A model generated the notes under the pieces. That model saw only the letters and a list, made by a program, of their open reading frames with translations. It made no database searches and was not told where the DNA came from. This document shows positions 50,001 to 63,778 of a stretch of 64,000 nt of DNA, piece by piece. Made by a program: the position numbers and the translations under genes. This DNA comes from Eledone cirrhosa (taxonomy: Eukaryota): positions 135,284,001 through 135,348,000 of the forward strand of contig OZ024744.1 of NCBI GenBank assembly GCA_964016885.1, in the 5' to 3' direction. Position 1 is the first letter of the stretch. Each line of letters starts with the position of its first letter.

Positions 50001-53000
50001 GTAATTTAAGTTGGAGTTAAGTTAAGTTGGGGTTAAGTTAAGTTGGGGTTAAGTTAAGTTGGGGTTAAGTTAAGTTGGGGTTAAGTTAAGTTAGGGGTAA
50101 GTTAAGTTGGGGGTAAGTTAAGTTGGGGGTAAGTTAAGTTGGGTTTAAGTTAAGTTGGGGTTAAGTTAAGTTAGGGTTAAGGTAAGTTGGGGTTGAGTTA
50201 AGTTGGGGTTAAGTTAAGTTGGGGTTAAGTTAAGTTGGGGTTAAGTTAAGGCGGGGTTAAGTTGAGTTGGGGTTAAGTTAAGTTGGGGTTAAGTTAAGTT
50301 GGGGTTGAGTTAATTTGGGGTTAACTTAAGTTGGGGGTACTTAAGTTGGGTTTAAGTTAAGTGGGGTTAAGTTAAGTTGGGGTTCAGTTAAGTTGGGGTT
50401 AAGTTAAGTTGGGGTTAAGTTAGGTTGTGGTTAAGTTAAGTTGGGGGTAAGTTAAGTTGGGGGTAAGTTAAGTTGGGGTTAATTTAAGTTGGGTCTAATT
50501 AAGTTGGGGTTAAGTTAAGTTGGGGTTAAGTTAAGTTGGGGTTGAGTTAATTTGGGGTTAACTTAAGTTGGGGGTACTTAAGTTGGGTTTAAGTTAAGTG
50601 GGGTTAAGTTGAGTTGGGGGTAAGTTAAATTGGGGGTAAGTTAAGTTGGGGTTAATTTAAGTTGGGTCAAATTAAGTTGGGGTTAAGTTAAGTTGGGGTT
50701 AAGTTAAGTTGGGGTTAAATTAAGTTGGGGTTAAGTTGGGGTTAAATTAAGTTGGGGTTAAGTTAAGGTGGGGTTAAGTTAAGTTGGGGTTAAGTTAAGT
50801 TGGGGGTAAGTTAAGTTGGTGGTAAGTTAAGTTGGGGGTAAGTTAAGATGGGGTTAAGTTAAGTTGGGGTTAAGTTAATTTGGGGTTAAGTTAGGGTTAA
50901 GTTAAGTTGGGGTTGAGTTAAGTTGGGGTTAAGTTAAGTTCGGGTTATGTTAAGTTGGGGTTAAGTTAAGTTGGGGTTAAGATGAGTTGGGGTTCAGTTA
51001 AGTTGCGGTTAAGTTAAGTTGGGGTTAAGTTAAGTTGGGGTTAAGTTAAGTTGGGGTTAAGTTAAGTTGGCGTTAATTTAAGTTGGGGTTAAGTTAAGTT
51101 GGGGTTAAGTTAAGTTGGGGTTGAGTTAATTTGGGGTTAACTTAAGTTGGGGGTACTTAATTTGGGTTTAAGTTAAGTGGGGTTAAGTTAAGTTGGGGTT
51201 AAGTTAAGTTGGGGTTAAGTTAAGTTGGGGTTAAGTTAAGTTGAGGTTAAGTTAAGTTGGGGTTAAATTAAGTTGGGGTTAAGTTAAGCTGGGGTTAAGT
51301 TAAGTTGGGGTTAATTAAATTGGGTTTCAGTTAAGTTGGGGTTAATTTAAGTTGGGGTTAAGTTAAGTTGGGGTTAAGTTAAGTTGGTTAGTTAAGTTGA
51401 GTTTAAGTTAAGTTGGGGTTAAGTTAAGTTGCGGTTAAGTTAAGTTGGGGTTAAGTTAAGTTGGGGTTAAGTTAAGTTGGGGTTAAGTTAAGTTGGGGTT
51501 AACTTAAGTTGGGGTTAAGTTAAGTTGGTGTTAAGTTAAGTTGGGGCTAAGTTAAGTTGCGGCTGAGTTAAGTTGGGGCTGAGTTAAGTTGGGGTTAAGT
51601 TAAGTTGGGGTTGAGTTAAGTTGGGGTTAAGTTAAGTTGGGGTTAAATTAAGTTGGGGTTAAGTTAAGTTGGGGTTTAGTTAAGTTGGGGTTCAGTTAAG
51701 TTGGGGTTAAGTTAAGTTTGGGTTAAGTTGGGGCTAAATTAAGTTGGGGTTAAGTTAAGTTGGGGTTTAGTTAAGTTGGGGTTAAGTTAAGTCGGGGTTA
51801 ATTTAAGTTGGGGTTAAGTTAAGTTGCGGGTAATTTAAGTTGGAGTTAAGTTAAGTTGGGGTTAAGTTAAGTTGGGGTTAAGTTAAGTTGGGGTTAAGTT
51901 AAGTTGCGGTTAAGTTAAGTTGGGGTTAAGTTAAGTTGGGGTTAAGTTAGATTGTGGTTAAGTTAAGTTGGGGTTAAGTTAAGTTGGGGTTAAGTTAAGT
52001 TGGGGTTAAGTTAAGGCGGGGTTAAGTTGAGTTGGGGTTAAGTTAAGTTGGGGTTAAGTTAAGTTGGGGTTGAGTTAATTTGGGGTTAACTTAAGTTGGG
52101 GGTACTTAAGTTGGGTTTAAGTTAAGTGGGGTTAAGTTAAGTTGGGGTTAAGTTAAGTTGGGGTTAAGTTAAGTTGGGGTTAAGTTAGGTTGTGGTTAAG
52201 TTAAGTTGGGGGTAAGTTAAGTTGGGGGTAAGTTAAGTTGGGGTTAATTTAAGTTGGGTCTAATTAAGTTGGGGTTAAGTTAAGTTGGGGTTAAGTTAAG
52301 TTGGGGTTGAGTTAATTTGGGGTTAACTTAAGTTGGGGGTACTTAAGTTTGGTTTAAGTTAAGTGGGGTTAAGTGAAATTGGGGTTAAGTTAAGTTGGGG
52401 GTAAGTTAAGTTGGGGGTAAGTTAAGTTGGGGTTAATTTAAGTTGGGTCAAATTAAGTTGGGGTTAAGTTAAGTTGGGGTTAAGTTAAGTTGGGGTTAAA
52501 TTAAGTTGGGGTTAAGTTAAGTTGGGGTTAAATTAAGTTGGGGTTAAGTTGCGGTTAAGTTAAGTTGGGGTTAAGTTAAGTTGGGGGTAAGTTAAGTTGG
52601 TGGTAAGTTAAGTTGGGGGTAAGTTAAGATGGGGTTAAGTTAAGTTGGGGTTAAGTTAATTTGGGGTTAAGTTAGGGTTAAGTTAAGTTGGGGTTGAGTT
52701 AAGTTGGGGTTAAGTTAAGTTGGGGTTATGTTAAGTTGGGGTTAAGTTAAGTTGGGGTTAAGATGAGTTGGGGTTCAGTTAAGTTGCGGTTAAGTTAAGT
52801 TGGGGTTAAGTTAAGTTGGGGTTAAGTTAAGTTGGGGTTAAGTTAAGTTGGCGTTAATTTAAGTTGGGGTTAAGTTAAGTTGGGGTTAAGTTAAGTTGCG
52901 GTTAAATTAAGTTGGGGTTAAGTTAAGTTGGGGTTTATTTAAGTTGGGGTTAATTAAGTTGGGGTTAAGTTAAGTTGGGGTTAAGTTAAGTTGGGGTTAA

Positions 53001-56000
53001 CTTAAGTTGGGGTTGAGTTAAGTTGGGGTTAAGTTAAGTTGGGGTTATATTAAGTTGGAGTTAAGTTAAGTTGGGGTTAAGTTAAGTTGGGGTTCAGTTA
53101 AGTTGCGGTTAAGTTAAGTTGGGGTTAAGTTAAGTTGGGGTTTAGTTAAGTTGGGGTTAAGTTAAGTTGGGGTTAAGTTAGGTTGGGGTTTAGTTAAGTT
53201 GGTGTTAAGTTAAGTTGGGGCTAAGTTAAGTTGGGGCTGAGTTAAGTTGGGGCTGAGTTAAGTTGGGGTTAAGTTAAGTTGGGGTTGAGTTAAGTTGGGG
53301 TTAAGTTAAGTTGGGGTTCAGTTAAGTTGGGGTTAAGTTAAGTTGGGGTTAAGTTAAGTTGGGGTTTAGTTAAGTTGGGGTTCAGTTAAGTTGGGGTTAA
53401 GTTAAGTTTGGGTTAAGTTGGGGTTAAATTAAGTTGGGGTTAAGTTAAGTTGGGGTTTAGTTAAGTTGGGGTTAAGTTAAGTCGGGGTTAATTTAAGTTG
53501 GGGTTAAGTTAAGTTGCGGGTAATTTAAGTTGGAGTTAAGTTAAGTTGGGGTTAAGTTAAGTTGGGGTTAAGTTAAGTTGGGGTTAAGTTAAGTTGCGGT
53601 TAAGTTAAGTTGGGGTTAAGTTAAGTTGGGGTTAAGTTAGATTGTGGTTAAGTTAAGTTGGGGTTAAGTTAAGTTGGGGTTAAGTTAAGGCGGGGTTAAG
53701 TTGAGTTGGGGTTAAGTTAAGTTGGGGTTAAGTTAAGTTGGGGTTGAGTTAATTTGGGGTTAACTTAAGTTGGGGGTACTTAAGTTGGGTTTAAGTTAAG
53801 TGGGGTTAAGTTAAGTTGGGGTTAAGTTAAGTTGGGGTTAAGTTAAGTTGGGGTTAAGTTAGGTTGTGGTTAAGTTAAGTTGGGGGTAAGTTAAGTTGGG
53901 GGTAAGTTAAGTTGGGGTTAATTTAAGTTGGGTCTAATTAAGTTGGGGTTAAGTTAAGTTGGGGTTAAGTTAAGTTGGGGTTGAGTTAATTTGGGGTTAA
54001 CTTAAGTTGGGGGTACTTAAGTTGGGTTTAAGTTAAGTGGGGTTAAGTGAAGTTGGGGTTAAGTTAAGTTGGGGGTAAGTTAAGTTGGGGGTAAGTTAAG
54101 TTGGGGTTAATTTAAGTTGGGTCAAATTAAGTTGGGGTTAAGTTATGTTGGGGTTGAGTTAAGTTGGGGTTAAATTAAGTTGGGGTTAAGTTAAGTTGGG
54201 GTTAAGTTAAGTTGGGGTTAAGTTAAGTTGGGGGTAAGTTAGTTGGTGGTAAGTTACGTTGGGGGTAAGTTAAGATGGGGTTAAGTTAAGTTGGGGTTAA
54301 GTTAATTTGGGGTTAAGTTAGGGTTAAGTTAAGTTGGGGTTGAGTTAAGTTGGGGTTAAGTTAAGTTGGGGTTATGTTAAGTTGGGGTTAAGTTAAGTTG
54401 GGGTTAAGATGAGTTGGGGTTCAGTTAAGTTGCGGTTAAGTTAAGTTGGGGTTAAGTTAAGTTGGGGTTAAGTTAAGTTGGCGTTAATTTAAGTTGGGGT
54501 TAAGTTAAGTTGGGGTTAAATTAAGTTGGGGTTAAATTAAGTTGGGGTTAAGTTAAGTTGGGGTTAATTTAAGTTGGGGTTAAGATAAGTTGGGGTTAAT
54601 TTAAGTTGGGGTTGAGTTAAGTTGGGGTTGAGTTAATTTGGGGTTAACTTAAGTTGGGGGTACTTAATTTGGGTTTAAGTTAAGTGGGGTTAAGTTAAGT
54701 TGGGGTTAAGTTAAGTTGGGGTTAAGTTAAGTTGGGGTTAAGTTAGGTTGTGGTTAAGTTAAGTTGGGGGTAAGTTAAGTTGGGGGTAAGTTAAGTTGGG
54801 GTTAATTTAAGTTGGGTCTAATTAAGTTGGGGTTAAGTTAAGTTGGGGTTAAGTTAAGTTGGGGTTAAATTAATTTGGGGTTAAGTTAAGTTGGGGTTAA
54901 GTTAAATTGGGGTTAAGTTAAGTTGGGGTTAAGTTAAGTTGGGGGTAAGTTAAGTTGGTGGTAAGTTAAGTTGGGGGTAAGTTAAGATGGGGTTAAGTTA
55001 AGTTGGGGTTAAGTTAATTTGGGGTTAAGTTAGGGTTAAGTTAAGTTGGGGTTGAGTTAAGTTGGGGTTAAGTTAAGTTGGGGTTATGTTAAGTTGGGGT
55101 TAAGTTGAGTTGGGGTTAAGTTAAGTTGGGGTTAAGTTAAGTTGGGGTTAATTTAAGTTGGGGTTAAGTTAAGTTGGGGTTAATTTAAGTTGGGGTTAAG
55201 TTGGGGTTAAGTTAAGTTGGGGTTAAATTAAGTTGGGGTTAAGTTAAGTTGGGGTTAATTTAAGTTGGGGTTCAGTTAAGTTGCGGTTATGTTAAGTTGG
55301 GGTTAAGTTAAGTTGGGGTTAAGTTAAGTTGGGGTTAATTTAAGTTGGGGTTAAGTTAAGTTGGGGTTAAGTTGATTTGTGGCTAATTTAAGTTGGGGTT
55401 AAGTTCAGTTGGGGTTAAGTTCAGTCGGGGTTAAGTTAAGTTGGGGTTGAGTTAAGTTGGGGTTAAGTTAAGTTGGGGTTGAGTTAAGTTGGGGTTAAGT
55501 TAAGTTGGTGTTAAGATAAGTTGGGGTTAAGTTAAGTTGGGGTTGAGTTATGTTGGGGTTGATTTAATTTGGGGTTAAGTTAAGTTGGGGTTAACTTAAG
55601 TTGGGTTTAAGTTAAGTTGGGTTTAAGTTAAGTTGGGGTTAAATTAAGTTGGGGTTAAGTTAATATGGGGGTAAGTTAAGTTGGGGTTAGTTAAGTTGCG
55701 GTTAAGTTAAGTTGGGGTTAAGTTAAGTTGGGGTTAAGTTAAGTTGGGGTTAAGTTAAGTTTGGGTTAATTTAAGTTGGGGTTAAGTTAAGTTGGGGTTA
55801 ATTTAAGTTGGGGTTAATTTAAGTTGGGGTTAAGTTAAGTTGGGGTTAAGTTAAGTTGGGGTTAAGTTAAGTTGGGGGTAAGTTAAGTTGGGGGTGAGTT
55901 AAGTTGGGGTTAATTTAAGTTGGGGTTAAGTTGGGGTTAAGTTAAGTTAGGGTTAAGTTAAGTTGGGGTTGAGTTAAGTTGGGGTTAAGTTAAGTGGTGG

Positions 56001-59000
56001 TTATGTTAAGTTGGGGTTAAGTTAAGTTGGGGTTAAGTTAAATTGGGGTTAACTTAAGTTGCGGTTAAGTTAAGTTGGGGTTAAGTTAAGTTGGGGTTAA
56101 GTTAAGTTGGGGTTAAGTTAAGTTGGGGTTAAGTTAAGTTGGGGTTAAGTTAAGTCGGGGTTAATTTAAGTTGGGGTTAAGTTGGGGTTAAGTTAAGTTG
56201 GGGTTAAATTAAGTTGGGGTTAAGTTAAGTTGGGGTTAATTTAAGTTGGGGTTCAGTTAAGTTGCGGTTATGTTAAGTTGGGGTTAAGTTAAGTTGGGGT
56301 TAAGTTAAGTTGGGGTTTATTTAAGTTGGGGTTAAGTTAATTTGGGGTTAAGTTAGGGTTAAGTTAAGTTGGGGTTGAGTTAAGTTGGGGTTAACTTAAG
56401 TTGCGGTTAAGTTAAGTTGGGGTTAAGTTAAGTTGGGGTTAAGTTAAGTTGGGGTTAAGTTAAGTTGGGGTTAAGTTAAGTTGGGGTTAAGTTAAGTCGG
56501 GGTTAATTTAAGTTGGGGTTAAGTTGGGGTTAAGTTAAGTTGGGGTTAAATTAAGTTGGGGTTAAGTTAAGTTGGGGTTAATTTAAGTTGGGGTTCAGTT
56601 AAGTTGCGGTTATGTTAAGTTGGGGTTAAGTTAAGTTGGGGTTAAGTTAAGTTGGGGTTAATTTAAGTTGGGGTTAAGTTAAGTTGGGGTTAAGTTGATT
56701 TGTGGCTAATTTAAGTTGGGGTTAAGTTCAGTTGGGGTTAAGTTCAGTCGGGGTTAAGTTAAGTTGGGGTTGAGTTAAGTTGGGGTTAAGTTAAGTTGGG
56801 GTTGAGTTAAGTTGGGGTTAAGTTAAGTTGGTGTTAAGATAAGTTGGGGTTAAGTTAAGTTGGGGTTGAGTTATGTTGGGGTTGATTTAATTTGGGGTTA
56901 AGTTAAGTTGGGGTTAACTTAAGTTGGGTTTAAGTTAAGTTGGGTTTAAGTTAAGTTGGGGTTAAATTAAGTTGGGGTTAAGTTAATATGGGGGTAAGTT
57001 AAGTTGGGGTTAGTTAAGTTGCGGTTAAGTTAAGTTGGGGTTAAGTTAAGTTGGGGTTAAGTTAAGTTGGGGTTAAGTTAAGTTGGGGTTAATTTAAGTT
57101 GGGGTTAAATTAAGTTGGGGTTAATTTAAGTTGGGGTTAATTTAAGTTGGGGTTAAGTTAAGTTGGGGTTAAGTTAAGTTGGGGTTAAGTTAAGTTGGGG
57201 GTAAGTTAAGTTGGGGGTGAGTTAAGTTGGGGTTAATTTAAGTTGGGGTTAAGTTGGGGTTAAGTTAAGTTAGGGTTAAGTTAAGTTGGGGTTGAGTTAA
57301 GTTGGGGTTAAGTTAAGTGGTGGTTATGTTAAGTTGGGGTTAAGTTAAGTTGGGGTTAAGTTAAATTGGGGTTAACTTAAGTTGCGGTTAAGTTAAGTTG
57401 GGGTTAAGTTAAGTTGGGGTTAAGTTAAGTTGGGGTTAAGTTAAGTTGGGGTTAAGTTAAGTTGGGGTTAAGTTAAGTCGGGGTTAAGATAAGTTGGGGT
57501 TAAGTTGGGGTTAAGTAAAGTTGGGATTAAGTTAATTTGGGGTTAAGTTAAGTTGGGGTTAAGTTAAGTTGGGGTTAAGTTAAGTTGAGGTTAAGTTAAG
57601 TTGGGGTTAAATTAAGTTGGGGTTAAGTTAAGCTGGGGTTAAGTTAAGTTGGGGTTAATTAAATTGGGTTTCAGTTAAGTTGGGGTTAATTTAAGTTGGG
57701 GTTAAGTTAAGTTGGGGTTAAGTTAAGTTGGTTAGTTAAGTTGAGTTTAAGTTAAGTTGGGGTTAAGTTAAGTTGCGGTTAAGTTAAGTTGGGGTTAAGT
57801 TAAGTTGGGGTTAAGTTAAGTTGGGGTTAAGTTAAGTTGGGGTTAAGTTAAGTTGGGGTTAAGTTAAGTTGGTGTTAAGTTAAGTTGGGGCTAAGTTAAG
57901 TTGGGGCTGAGTTAAGTTGGGGCTGAGTTAAGTTGGGGTTAAATTAAGTTGGGGTTGAGTTAAGTTGGGGTTAATTTAAGTTGGGGTTAAGTTAAGTTGG
58001 GGTTAAGTTAAGTTGGGGTTTACTTAAGTTGGGGTTCAGTTAAGTTGGGGTTAAGTTAAGTTTGGGTTAAGTTGGGGTTAAATTAAGTTGGGGTTAAGTT
58101 AAGTTGGGGTTTAGTTAAGTTGGGGTTAAGTTAAGTCGGGGTTAATTTAAGTTGGGGTTAAGTTAAGTTGCGGGTAATTTAAGTTGGAGTTAAGTTAAGT
58201 TGGGGTTAAGTTAAGTTGGGGTTAAGTTAAGTTGGGGTTAAGTTAAGTTGGGGTTAAGTTAAGTTAGGGGTAAGTTAAGTTGGGGGTAAGTTAAGTTGGG
58301 GGTAAGTTAAGTTGGGGTTAAGTTAAGTTGGGGTTAAGTTAAGTTAGGGTTAAGGTAAGTTGGGGTTGAGTTAAGTTGGGGTTAGGGGTAAGTTAACTTG
58401 GGGTTAAGTTAGATTGTGGTTAAGTTAAGTTGGGGTTAAGTTAAGTTGGGGTTAAGTTAGATTGTGGTTAAGTTAAGTTGGGGTTAAGTTAAGTTGGGGT
58501 TAAGTTAAGTTGGGGTTAAATTAAGGCGGGGTTAAGTTGAGTTGGGGTTAAGTTAAGTTGGGGTTAAGTTAAGTTGGGGTTGAGTTAATTTGGGGTTAAC
58601 TTAAGTTGGGGGTACTTAAGTTGGGTTTAAGTTAAGTGGGGTTAAGTTAAGTTGGGGTTCAGTTAAGTTGGGGTTAAGTTAAGTTGGGGTTAAGTTAGGT
58701 TGTGGTTAAGTTAAGTTGGGGGTAAGTTAAGTTGGGGGTAAGTTAAGTTGGGGTTAATTTAAGTTGGGTCTAATTAAGTTGGGGTTAAGTTAAGTTGGGG
58801 TTAAGTTAAGTTGGGGTTGAGTTAATTTGGGGTTAACTTAAGTTGGGGGTACTTAAGTTGGGTTTAAGTTAAGTGGGGTTAAGTTAAGTTGGGGGTAAGT
58901 TAAATTGGGGGTAAGTTAAGTTGGGGTTAATTTAAGTTGGGTCAAATTAAGTTGGGGTTAAGTTAAGTTGGGGTTAAGTTAAGTTGGGGTTAAATTAAGT

Positions 59001-60250
59001 TGGGGTTAAGTTGGGGTTAAATTAAGTTGGGGTTAAGTTAAGTTGGGGTTAAGTTAAGTTGGGGTTAAGTTAAGTTGGGGGTAAGTTAAGTTGGTGGTAA
59101 GTTAAGTTGGGGGTAAGTTAAGATGGGGTTAAGTTAAGTTGGGGTTAAGTTAATTTGGGGTTAAGTTAGGGTTAAGTTAAGTTGGGGTTGAGTTAAGTTG
59201 GGGTTAAGTTAAGTTCGGGTTATGTTAAGTTGGGGTTAAGTTAAGTTAGGGTTAAGATGAGTTGGGGTTCAGTTAAGTTGCGGTTAAGTTAAGTTGGGGT
59301 TAAGTTAAGTTGGGGTTAAGTTAAGTTGGGGTTAAGTTAAGTTGGCGTTAATTTAAGTTGGGGTTAAGTTAAGTTGGGGTTAAGTTAAGTTGGGGTTAAA
59401 TTAAGTTGGGGTTAAGTTAAGTTGGGGTTAATTTAAGTTGGGGTTAAGATAAGTTGGGGTTAAGTTAAGTTGGGGTTGAGTTAAGTTGGGGTTGAGTTAA
59501 TTTGGGGTTAACTTAAGTTGGGGGTACTTAATTTGGGTTTAAGTTAAGTGGGGTTAAGTTAAGTTGGGGTTAAGTTAAGTTGGGGTTAAGTTAAGTTGGG
59601 GTTAAGTTAAGTTGAGGTTAAGTTAAGTTGGGGTTAAATTAAGTTGGGGTTAAGTTAAGCTGGGGTTAAGTTAAGTTGGGGTTAATTAAATTGGGTTTCA
59701 GTTAAGTTGGGGTTAATTTAAGTTGGGGTTAAGTTAAGTTGGGGTTAAGTTAAGTTGGTTAGTTAAGTTGAGTTTAAGTTAAGTTGGGGTTAAGTTAAGT
59801 TGCGGTTAAGTTAAGTTGGGGTTAAGTTAAGTTGGGGTTAAGTTAAGTTGGGGTTAAGTTAAGTTGGGGTTAACTTAAGTTGGGGTTAAGTTAAGTTGGT
59901 GTTAAGTTAAGTTGGGGCTAAGTTAAGTTGCGGCTGAGTTAAGTTGGGGCTGAGTTAAGTTGGGGTTAAGTTAAGTTGGGGTTGAGTTAAGTTGGGGTTA
60001 AGTTAAGTTGGGGTTAAGTTAAGTTGGGGTTAAGTTAAGTTGGGGTTTAGTTAAGTTGGGGTTCAGTTAAGTTGGGGTTAAGTTAAGTTTGGGTTAAGTT
60101 GGGGTTAAATTAAGTTGGGGTTAAGTTAAGTTGGGGTTTAGTTAAGTTGGGGTTAAGTTAAGTCGGGGTTAATTTAAGTTGGGGTTAAGTTAAGTTGCGG
60201 GTAATTTAAGTTGGAGTTAAGTTAAGTTGGGGTTAAGTTAAGTTGGGGTT
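46025..60250 (+). repeat. Nested segmental duplications: about 46.0-49.3 kb copied at about 52.85-56.1 kb (+~6.8 kb); about 48.4-51.9 kb copied at about 56.5-60.25 kb (+8.1-8.4 kb); internal 1323-bp offset
   Basis: TTGATTTGTGGCTAAT at C48581/C55383/C56706; TTAATATGGGGG at about 48861/55663/56986; AGTAAAG at about 49344/57517; GCGGCTGAG at C51560/C59931; GGCGGGG at C46905/C53691. Confidence 0.8.
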
Positions 60251-63200
60251 AAGTTAAGTTGGGGTTAAGTTAAGTTGGGGTTAAGTTAAGTTAGGGGTAA
60301 GTTAAGTTGGGGGTAAGTTAAGTTGGGGGTAAGTTAAGTTGGGGTTAAGTTAAGTTGGGGTTAAGTTAAGTTAGGGTTAAGGTAAGTTGGGGTTGAGTTA
60401 AGTTGGGGTTAAGTTAAGTTGGGGTTATGTTAAGTTGGGGTTAAGTTAAGTTGCGGTTAAGTTAAGTTGGGGTTAAGTGAAGTTTGGATTAAGTTAACTT
60501 GGGGTTAATTTAAGTTGGGGTTAAGTTAAGTTGGTGTTAAGTTAAGTTGGGGTTAAGTTAGATTGTGGTTAAGTTAAGTTGGGGTTAAGTTAAGTTGGGG
60601 TTAAGTTAAGTTGGGGTTAAGTTAAGGCGGGGTTAAGTTGAGTTGGGGTTAAGTTAAGTTGGGGTTAAGTTAAGTTGGGGTTGAGTTAATTTGGGGTTAA
60701 CTTAAGTTGGGGGTACTTAAGTTGGGTTTAAGTTAAGTGGGGTTAAGTTAAGTTGGGGTTAAGTTAAGTTGGGGTTAAGTTAAGTTGGGGTTAAGTTAGG
60801 TTGTGGTTAAGTTAAGTTGGGAGTAAGTTAAGTTGGGGGTAAGTTAAGTTGGGGTTAATTTAAGTTGGGTCTAATTAAGTTGGGGTTAAGTTAAGTTGGG
60901 GTTAAGTTAAGTTGGGGTTGAGTTAATTTGGGGTTAACTTAAGTTGGGGGTACTTAAGTTGGGTTTAAGTTAAGTGGGGTTAAGTTAAGTTGGGGTTAAG
61001 TTAAGTTGGGGGTAAGTTAAGTTGGGGGTAAGTTAAGTTGGGGTTAATTTAAGTTGGGTCAAATTAAGTTGGGGTTAAGTTAAGTTGGGGTTAAGTTAAG
61101 TTGGGGTTAAATTAAGTTGGGGTTAAGTTAAGTTGGGGTTAAATTAAGTTGGGGTTAAGTTAAGTTGGGGTTAAGTTAAGTTGGGGTTAAGTTAAGTTGG
61201 GGGTAAGTTAAGTTGGTGGTAAGTTAAGTTGGGGGTAAGTTAAGATGGGGTTAAGTTAAGTTGGGGTTAAGTTAATTTGGGGTTAAGTTAGGGTTAAGTT
61301 AAGTTGGGGTTGAGTTAAGTTGGGGTTAAGTTAAGTTCGGGTTATGTTAAGTTGGGGTTAAGTTAAGTTGGGGTTAAGATGAGTTGGGGTTCAGTTAAGT
61401 TGCGGTTAAGTTAAGTTGGGGTTAAGTTAAGTTGGGGTTAAGTTAAGTTGGGGTTAGGTTAAGTTGGCGTTAATTTAAGTTGGGGTTAAGTTAAGTTGGG
61501 GTTAAGTTAAGTTGGGGTTAAATTAAGTTGGGGTTAAGTTAAGTTGGGGTTAATTTAAGTTGGGGTTAAGATAAGTTGGGGTTAAGTTAAGTTGGGGTTG
61601 ATTTAAGTTGGGGTTGAGTTAATTTGGGGTTAACTTAAGTTGGGTGTACTTAATTTGGGTTTAAGTTAAGTGGGGTTAAGTTAAGTTGGGGTTAAGTTAA
61701 GTTGGGGTTAAGTTAAGTTGGGGTTAAGTTAGGTTGTGGTTAAGTTAAGTTGGGGGTAAGTTAAGTTGGGGGTAAGTTAAGTTGGGGTTAATTTAAGTTG
61801 GGTCTAATTAAGTTGGGGTTAAGTTAAGTTGGGGTTAAGTTAAGTTGGGGTTAAATTAATTTGGGGTTAAGTTAAGTTGGGGTTAAGTTAAATTGGGGTT
61901 AAGTTAAGTTGGGGTTAAGTTAAGTTGGGGGTAAGTTAAGTTGGTGGTAAGTTAAGATGGGGTTAAGTTAAGATGGGGTTAAGTTAAATTGGGGTTAAGT
62001 TAAGTTGGGGTTAAGTTAAGTTGGGGTTAAGTTGAGTTGGGGTTAAGTTAAGTTGGGGTTAAGTTAAGTTGGGGTTAATTTAAGTTGGGGTCAAGTTAAG
62101 TTGGGGTTAATTTAAGTTGGGGTTAAGTTAAGTTGGGGTTAAGTTAAGTTGGGGTTAAATTAAGTTGGGGTTAAAATAAGTTGGGGTTAATTTAAGTTGG
62201 GGTTCAGTTAAGTTGCGGTTATGTTAAGTTGGGGTTAAGTTAAGTTGGGGTTAAGTTAAGTTGGGGTTAAGTTAAGTTGGGGTTAATTTAAGTTGGGGTT
62301 AAGTTAAGTTGGGGTTAAGTTAATTTGTGGTTAAGTTAAGTTGGGGTTAAGTTCAGTTGGGGTTAAGTTCAGTCGGGGTTAAGTTAAGTTGGGGTTGAGT
62401 TAAGTTGGGGTTAAGTTAATTTGGGGTTGAGTTAAGTTGGGGTTAAGTTAAGTTGGTGTTAAGATAAGTTGGGGTTAAGTTAAGTTGGGGTTGAGTTATG
62501 TTGGGGTTGATTTAATTTGGGGTTAAGTTAAGTTGGGGTTAACTTAAGTTGGGTTTAAGTTAAGTTGGGTTTAAGTTAAGTTGGGGTTAAATTAAGTTGG
62601 GGTTAAGTTAAGTTGGGGGTAAGTTAAGTTGGGGTTAGTTAAGTTGCGGTTAATTTAAGTTGGGTTTAAGTTAAGTTGGGGTTAATTTAAGTTGGGGTTA
62701 ATTTAAGTTGGGGTTAAGTTAAGTTGGGGTTAAGTTAAGTTGGGGTTAAGTTAAGTTGGGGGTAAGTTAAGTTGGGGGTGAGTTAAGTTGGGTTTAATTT
62801 AAGTTGGGGTTAAGTTGGGCTTAAGTTAAGTTAGGGTTAAGTTAAGTTGGGGTTGAGTTAAGTTGGGGTTAAGTTAAGTGGTGGTTATGTTAAGTTGGGG
62901 TTAAGTTAATTTGTGGTTAAGTTAAGTTGGGGTTAAGTTCAGTTGGGGTTAAGTTAAGTTGGGGTTAAGTTAAGTTGGGGTTAAGTTAAGTTGGGGTTAA
63001 GTTAAGTTGGGGTTAAGTTAAGTTGGGGTTAAGATAAGTTGGGGTTAAGTTAAGTTGGTGTTAAGATAAGTTGGGATTAAGTTAATTTGGGGTTAAGTTA
63101 AGTTGGGGTTAAGTTAAGTTGGGGTTAAGTTAAGTTGAGGTTAAGTTAAGTTGGGGTTAAATTAAGTTGGGGTTAAGTTAAGTTGGGGTTAAGTTAAGTT

Positions 63201-63778
63201 GTTGGTTAATTAAATTGGGTTTCAGTTAAGTTGGGGTTAAGTTAAGTTGGGGTTAAGTTAAGTTGGTTAGTTAAGTTGAGTTTAAGTTAAGTTGGGGTTA
63301 AGTTAAGTTGGGGTTAATTTAAGTTGGGGTTAAGTTAAGTTGGGGTTAAGTTAAGTTGGGGTTCAGTTAAGTTGGGGTTAAGTTAAGTTGGGGTTAAGTT
63401 GGGGTTAAATTAAGTTGGGGTTAAGTTAAGTTGGGGTTAAGTTAAGTTGGGGTTAAGTTAAGTTGGGGTTAAGTTAAGTTGGTTAGTTAAGTTGAGTTTA
63501 ATTTAAGTTGGGGTTAATTTAAGTTGGGGTTAAGTTAAGTTGGGGTTAAGTTAAGTTGGGGTTAAATTAAGTTGGGGTCAAGTTAAGTTGGGGTTAAGTT
63601 AAGTTGGGGTTCAGTTAAGTTGGGGTTAAGTTAAGTTGGGGTTAAGTTGGGGTTAAATTAAGTTGGGGTTAAGTTAAGTTGGGGTTAATTTAAGTTGGGG
63701 TTAAGTTAAGTTGGGGTTAAGGTAAGTTGGGGTTAAGTTAAGTTGGGATTAAGTTAAGTTGGGGTTAAGTTAATTTGT

